A stretch of DNA of 64,000 nucleotides, from positions 8,058 through 72,057 of the forward strand of contig CAIQQJ010000057.1 in the NCBI GenBank assembly GCA_903873905.1. Reading direction: 5' to 3'. Positions 59,219 through 64,000 of this stretch are shown here, piece by piece; within the stretch, counting starts at the first letter, position 1; each line of letters opens with the position of its first letter. A program made the translations under genes and the position numbers. Under the pieces are notes generated by a model. It did not search any database. It saw nothing but the letters and a program-made list of their open reading frames with translations, and was not told the origin of the DNA. Source of the DNA: an uncultured Flavobacteriales bacterium (GTDB taxonomy: Bacteria > Bacteroidota > Bacteroidia > Palsa-965).

Positions 59219-60706
59219 ATGAAAATAAAATCCTTCCACGGTTTGGTGTTGTTGTGCCTGTTCAATACAATGGTGCACGCACAAAAAATTCAAGCGACTT
59301 ATTCTTCAAGTTCATTTGCTGGACCATTCTCAGGAAAAGTCATTTTATATCTTTCAAAAGAACTTCATTCACCCAAAGATGCGGTCGACAATATTCCTTC
59401 GTTCTGCTGTTTTGCCATTACCGTAAAAGATATTCAACCCAACTCCCCAGTTGTATTTGATGATGCCGCAATTTATTTTCCGGTAAAGTTGTCCGATATT
59501 GAACGTGGTGAATATTATGCGCAAGTAGTTTGGGATCGCAACACAGGCGGTCGCAACATTGGAAGCTGCCCCGACAATATGTTCAACGCTTCAGTGAAAT
59601 TCAACTTCACAAAAAAAATCAAACAAACTTTTTTGATCAAATGCGATTCTGTCATACCGAATCCAACCTTCGTTGAAGTGCCGTTCATGAAAGAACTAAA
59701 AGCACATTCTGATTTGCTCACTGCATTTTATCATAGGGAAACTACTGTTGATGGCGCTGTCAATCTACCTGCGGAATATTACACCGATCCTTCGCGCAAA
59801 TTTCCAGTCGAGTTCGTCGTGCTCGGTTATGGTGGCGACTATCATTGGAATTCAGAGGATACGCTTAAAGCATGGCCACTCGATTCTTTTCCCTGCATTC
59901 GCGTTTTCCTTGATGGCAATTGTCCGTGGGGCCACAGCACGTATGCAAATAGTGTGAACACGGGTCCATGGGGAGACGCACTTGTGAATGAATTCATTCC
60001 TGCATTGGAGAAAAAGTTTCGTTGCAATGGCGCACGTTTTGTTTCAGGTCACAGCAGTGGAGGTTGGAGTTCATTGTGGCTGCAAGTAAATTATCCGAAA
60101 ACATTTGCAGGTTGCTGGTCGAGTTCTCCTGATCCTGTTGATTTTCGCAATTACGAGATGATTGATATTTATAAAGAAAAAAATATGTTTTATGATCAGG
60201 ATTCTTCTTTGCGTGTGGACGGTGCTATTGCTGGATACAGCGGTATGCCTTGGATTTTTTTCAAGGATGATTATCGAATTGAAAATGTGTTGTGGCGTGG
60301 TGAACAGTATTGGTCATGGAATGCAGTATGGGGTGGAAAGTTGAGTAACGGATTACCGGAAAACATCTGTGATCCCAACACAGGAATTATTGATAGCGTA
60401 GTTGCATCGCACTGGAAGAACTACGACATCTCTTTAATTCTTCGAACGAACTGGAATGAATTACAACCAGAACTCGATAATAAGATTCGAATTACAGCTG
60501 GCAATTCTGATAATTACTCTCTTGACAAATCAGTGAAGTTGTTGGAATCAGAAATGAAAAAGTTGAATGCAAAAATGGAATTCGTCTATTATCCAGGCGA
60601 TCACTTTACAGTCTGGACAAACCCAACTTTTGTTGTTGATGGCCAGCATTTCCTTGCTCAAAAATATGTGGAATGGTTGAAGCTGCATCCTGAGTCGAAG
60701 AAATAG
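59219..60706 (+). CDS. Secreted esterase-family (alpha/beta hydrolase, enterochelin-esterase-like) protein
   Basis: Signal peptide. GxSxG nucleophile elbow VSGHSSGGWSSLW. C-terminal Asp/His region consistent with an alpha/beta hydrolase. Confidence 0.55.
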   Translation: MKIKSFHGLVLLCLFNTMVHAQKIQATYSSSSFAGPFSGKVILYLSKELHSPKDAVDNIPSFCCFAITVKDIQPNSPVVFDDAAIYFPVKLSDIERGEYYAQVVWDRNTGGRNIGSCPDNMFNASVKFNFTKKIKQTFLIKCDSVIPNPTFVEVPFMKELKAHSDLLTAFYHRETTVDGAVNLPAEYYTDPSRKFPVEFVVLGYGGDYHWNSEDTLKAWPLDSFPCIRVFLDGNCPWGHSTYANSVNTGPWGDALVNEFIPALEKKFRCNGARFVSGHSSGGWSSLWLQVNYPKTFAGCWSSSPDPVDFRNYEMIDIYKEKNMFYDQDSSLRVDGAIAGYSGMPWIFFKDDYRIENVLWRGEQYWSWNAVWGGKLSNGLPENICDPNTGIIDSVVASHWKNYDISLILRTNWNELQPELDNKIRITAGNSDNYSLDKSVKLLESEMKKLNAKMEFVYYPGDHFTVWTNPTFVVDGQHFLAQKYVEWLKLHPESKK

Positions 60707-60833
60707 TCTGTAAGGTAATTTCTGATTTTGTTTTTTCATAGCACCCAAATCTTTTCACATAATTTTTTTGCTGATAAGTTTATTCAGTAAGGTTGAAATA
60801 TTCCTGAAATGAGATTTAAATTTGCAATTGTAA

Positions 60834-61652
60834 ATGTCATTATACTTTTCCTCCATCAATTCAGGCAGCAATGGGAATTGTTATTACATCGGTAATAACG
60901 AGGATGCTGTATTTGTTGATGTGGGATTGTCGTGTAAGGAAATTGAAAAGCGGATGATTCGTTCAGGATTATCCATGCAGAGGGTGAAGGCAATTTTCAT
61001 TTCGCATGAACACATCGATCATATTCGTGGAATGGAAGTGATTTCCAAGAAATATGAAATTCCGGTTTACATCAATGAAAAAACATTGGCAAACTCAAGA
61101 ATGAAATTGAATTCACACTTGGTTCGCACCTTTGCAGATGAAGAAATTATTTCCATTGATTCACTGCAGGTAATTCCATTTATCAAATCACACGACGCTG
61201 CTGATCCTTACAGTTTTTCTGTCATTGGTAACAATGCTCGTGTTGGCGTGTTCACGGACATCGGAACGGTTTGTGAAAAACTGAGTAATCATTTCAGTCA
61301 ATGCCACGCCGCTTTTTTGGAAGCAAATTATGATGAGGCAATGCTGGAAAATGGAAACTATCCGATTTATCTGAAAAAAAGAATTCGGGGAAGTCATGGA
61401 CATTTATCCAATGATCAGGCCTTGGAACTTTTTAAGGAAAACAAATCGGAAAATCTCTCATTGTTGTTTTTAGCACATTTGTCAAAAGAAAATAATTCTC
61501 CCCAGTTGGTTCAGGAATTATTTCAAGAACATTCGAACACAACAAGAATTGAGATCGCAAGTCGACATGAAGAGTCGGCTATTTTTAAAATAGATGCTGC
61601 TGGTGTATTGGAAGAGATTGACGTACAAAAACAATTTATTTTGCAGATCTGA
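60834..61652 (+). CDS. MBL-fold metallo-hydrolase
   Basis: HxHxDH motif ISHEHIDHIRG. Downstream His/Asp ligands (KSHDAAD, GSHGHLSND). Confidence 0.8.
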   Translation: MSLYFSSINSGSNGNCYYIGNNEDAVFVDVGLSCKEIEKRMIRSGLSMQRVKAIFISHEHIDHIRGMEVISKKYEIPVYINEKTLANSRMKLNSHLVRTFADEEIISIDSLQVIPFIKSHDAADPYSFSVIGNNARVGVFTDIGTVCEKLSNHFSQCHAAFLEANYDEAMLENGNYPIYLKKRIRGSHGHLSNDQALELFKENKSENLSLLFLAHLSKENNSPQLVQELFQEHSNTTRIEIASRHEESAIFKIDAAGVLEEIDVQKQFILQI

Positions 61653-61797
61653 ACCAGTCTCAAATGGCTCGATGTTACAAGTGGCCACTTCAATAAATTT
61701 GTGAAGAGCTAGATCTGCTAATCTAACACTAACTGAACAATAAAAAACACGACCTTTGCAATTCCTCCAAGGGAGTTCCTTCGGAATAATTTTTACC

Positions 61798-62277
61798 ATG
61801 CCAACAAAAACAAAACGCCTTTCTTTCGACGAGATCTACATGGAACTTGCGGAAAACCTCGGACTTCGTTCCCATTGTGTAAAAGCAAAAGTAGGAGCTG
61901 TTCTAACAAAGGATACTCGAATCATTTCGCTAGGCTACAATGGTCCGCCAGCGGGTACACATAATTGCGATGTTGAATGGCCCGACGAAGGTTGTCCTCG
62001 TGATTCAAAAGGATCCTGTTCACTTGCGCTGCATGCAGAAATGAATGCGATTCTTTACGCATCAAAAAACAATGTACCGTTGGAAGGTTGCACTTTGTAT
62101 GTAACACTTTCACCTTGCATTTCGTGTGCGCGTATCATTTACACTGCGGGAATCAGACACGTTATTTTCAAAAATTCTTATGCTGAATACAAAGGCATAC
62201 CAACTGATGAGGGAGTTGAATTCCTCCGCAAGTTTGGCGTTACAGTTGATCGATACATTTCCAACGACAAAAAATAA
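61798..62277 (+). CDS. dCMP deaminase / ComEB-type cytidine-deoxycytidylate deaminase (the ORF opens at 61756)
   Basis: Zinc-binding motifs HAEMNAI and PCISCARII. Confidence 0.8.
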   Translation: MPTKTKRLSFDEIYMELAENLGLRSHCVKAKVGAVLTKDTRIISLGYNGPPAGTHNCDVEWPDEGCPRDSKGSCSLALHAEMNAILYASKNNVPLEGCTLYVTLSPCISCARIIYTAGIRHVIFKNSYAEYKGIPTDEGVEFLRKFGVTVDRYISNDKK

Positions 62278-62279
62278 AA

Positions 62280-63863
62280 ATGCGAAGGCTGATTGTTTTA
62301 TTACCGCTTATTATTGGTGTTTCAATTGCTGCTGGTGTTTTATTGGGCAGCCGCATTGGACACAAATCAAATGATGATTCGGATGAAAATTCATTCGGAA
62401 AAATAAAGGCGGTGCTCAGCTATGTTCAGGCAAATTATGTGGATTCTGTCAATGCTGAAAAATTAACGGATCTTACTTTGGAAGAAATGTTGCAACATCT
62501 CGATCCGCATTCAGATTATTTTACCGCTGAGGAAACAAAAGCAATGAACGAACCTTTGAAAGGAAACTTTGATGGGATTGGAATCGAATACAATTTTGTT
62601 CGTGATACACTTGTTGTGATGGCTGTAATTCCTGGCGGCCCTTCTGAAAAAGCCGGTTTGCAAACGGGAGATCGTATTGTGCGAGCGAACGACACTTTAA
62701 TCGTTGGAAAAAATGCAGGCGAAGACTTTATCAGAAAAAAACTTCGTGGACCTAAGGGAACAAAAGTTACCGTGAAAATAAAACGTCCGACAAAAGTGGC
62801 AATGTTCGATGTGAGCATCACGCGTGGAAGCATTCCGATTCACAGCGTTGAAGGTTCGTACATGTTGAACGGTGAAGTTGGTTATGTAAAACTCAATCGT
62901 TTTGCAGAAACGAGTTACGATGAATTTGTAAATGCATGCGATTCACTTCTTAAACTCGGCATGAAAAAAATCGTTCTCGATCTTCGTGGAAATGGAGGAG
63001 GATATCTTAGTGCAGCTACTTCCATCGCAGATGAATTTTTGTCGAAAGGCAAAATGATTGTTTATACAAAAGGCCGAATGGATGGTGAAGAAAAAAGTCT
63101 CGCTACTGATAAAGGCAATCTAGAAAATATGCCACTTGTAATTTTAGTGGATGAGAATTCCGCATCAGCAAGTGAAATTCTTGCGGGCGCCATTCAGGAT
63201 AATGATCGCGGTGAAATTGTTGGAAGAAGAACATTTGGAAAAGGATTGGTGCAAGAAGAAAAACAATTGAACGATGGTTCAGCATTTCGTTTGACCATTG
63301 CACGCTATTACACACCAACAGGACGTTGCATTCAAAAGCCTTATGATAAAGGATTGGCAGCTTACGAAGCGGATGAACAGAACCGTTACAAACATGGAGA
63401 ATTTGTAAATGCCGATAGCATCAAATTCCCCGACTCCTTAAAGTTCAAAACTCCCGGTGGAAAAATTGTTTACGGTGGAGGAGGAATCATGCCCGATCTT
63501 TTTGTGCCGCTGGATACATCAGAAGGTTCAAAATTCCTTAATGATCTTTTTTACAAAGACATTTTCACACTTTGGTCGCTTGATTATGTGCAGAAGAACA
63601 AAGGAGAACTTTTGAAATTGGGATTATCGAAATTCAGAACCAACTTTGTGGTTTCAGACGCGATGGTGAATGAATTGATTGCGATCGGTGGAAAAAATGG
63701 AGTAGAAAAAAACGAGGCTCAATTATTCCGCTCCATCGTGTTGGTTCGTAAATACATGAAAGCTGCCATTGCAAGAAATGTGTGGGGCAGTGCTGGTTAT
63801 TTGCAAATTTGGAATCAGGACGATACGTTTCTGCATGCCGCATTGAGCACCTTCAAAAAATAA
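62280..63863 (+). CDS. ctp: Carboxyl-terminal processing protease (S41 family) with PDZ domain
   Basis: N-terminal TM anchor. PDZ region GIGIEY...VIPGGPSEKAGLQTGDRIV. S41 motifs RGNGGGYL, the catalytic Ser in ENSASASEILAG and Lys in TFGKGLVQ. Confidence 0.85.
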   Translation: MRRLIVLLPLIIGVSIAAGVLLGSRIGHKSNDDSDENSFGKIKAVLSYVQANYVDSVNAEKLTDLTLEEMLQHLDPHSDYFTAEETKAMNEPLKGNFDGIGIEYNFVRDTLVVMAVIPGGPSEKAGLQTGDRIVRANDTLIVGKNAGEDFIRKKLRGPKGTKVTVKIKRPTKVAMFDVSITRGSIPIHSVEGSYMLNGEVGYVKLNRFAETSYDEFVNACDSLLKLGMKKIVLDLRGNGGGYLSAATSIADEFLSKGKMIVYTKGRMDGEEKSLATDKGNLENMPLVILVDENSASASEILAGAIQDNDRGEIVGRRTFGKGLVQEEKQLNDGSAFRLTIARYYTPTGRCIQKPYDKGLAAYEADEQNRYKHGEFVNADSIKFPDSLKFKTPGGKIVYGGGGIMPDLFVPLDTSEGSKFLNDLFYKDIFTLWSLDYVQKNKGELLKLGLSKFRTNFVVSDAMVNELIAIGGKNGVEKNEAQLFRSIVLVRKYMKAAIARNVWGSAGYLQIWNQDDTFLHAALSTFKK

Positions 63864-64000
63864 AGCGATTCCCTTTTCAGGAAATCGCTTTCAAAAAATT
63901 CTGAATATTAATTGTTATTTCTTTTTCAGTTTTGCTAGTGAATCTGCAAGATGAATTGAATCTGCTTTTTTCTGAGCTTTATTAGCTGCATCATTAGCCG

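Noticed and set aside
58541-60706. Possible diversity-generating retroelement around the four-helix-bundle (Avd-like) gene
   Set aside because: No reverse transcriptase ORF and no template/variable repeat pair in the vicinity. The neighbour is an esterase.
1-64000. CRISPR array
   Set aside because: None found. The only repeated short elements occur 2-3 times, are tens of kb apart, are palindromic and are not interspersed with unique spacers at regular intervals.

Overview
Low-GC chromosomal segment of a Bacteroidota (Bacteroidetes) genome. The assignment rests on T9SS C-terminal sorting domains, Y_Y_Y/Reg_prop sensor architecture, SprB/PKD cargo proteins and a tRNA-Leu with no encoded CCA. 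Housekeeping genes are present (nrdAB, glyQS, prs, rplY, pth, metX plus a PLP-dependent sulfhydrylase, rluF-like, ctp, a dCMP deaminase and tRNA-Leu). Interleaved with them are two accessory-like themes. The first is eight paralogous membrane-anchored sensor proteins. Each has a signal peptide, a periplasmic TPR array or a Y_Y_Y beta-propeller, one TM helix, a coiled coil and a cytoplasmic PP2C/SpoIIE-type Ser/Thr phosphatase. Six are full length with all catalytic motifs; two have the phosphatase cut off after about 20 residues. Three of them form a tightly coupled operon with osmC and a Cys/Met-metabolism sulfhydrylase, and two tandem Crp/Fnr regulators sit beside them. The second theme is three blocks of T9SS-secreted cargo genes (SprB-repeat, PKD, Kelch, and an HEXXH beta-helix giant). 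I also see several short repeated palindromic intergenic elements, in three families, and a gene remnant that documents a duplication-deletion history for the sensor+Crp unit. I found no CRISPR array, integrase or transposase. The most interesting candidate system is the dense paralogous sensor-PP2C signalling array, with a possible STAS-like small partner protein and the Crp pair, which may control the adjacent T9SS cargo. Nothing here was checked against databases; all calls come from motifs read directly in the translated ORFs and the DNA.
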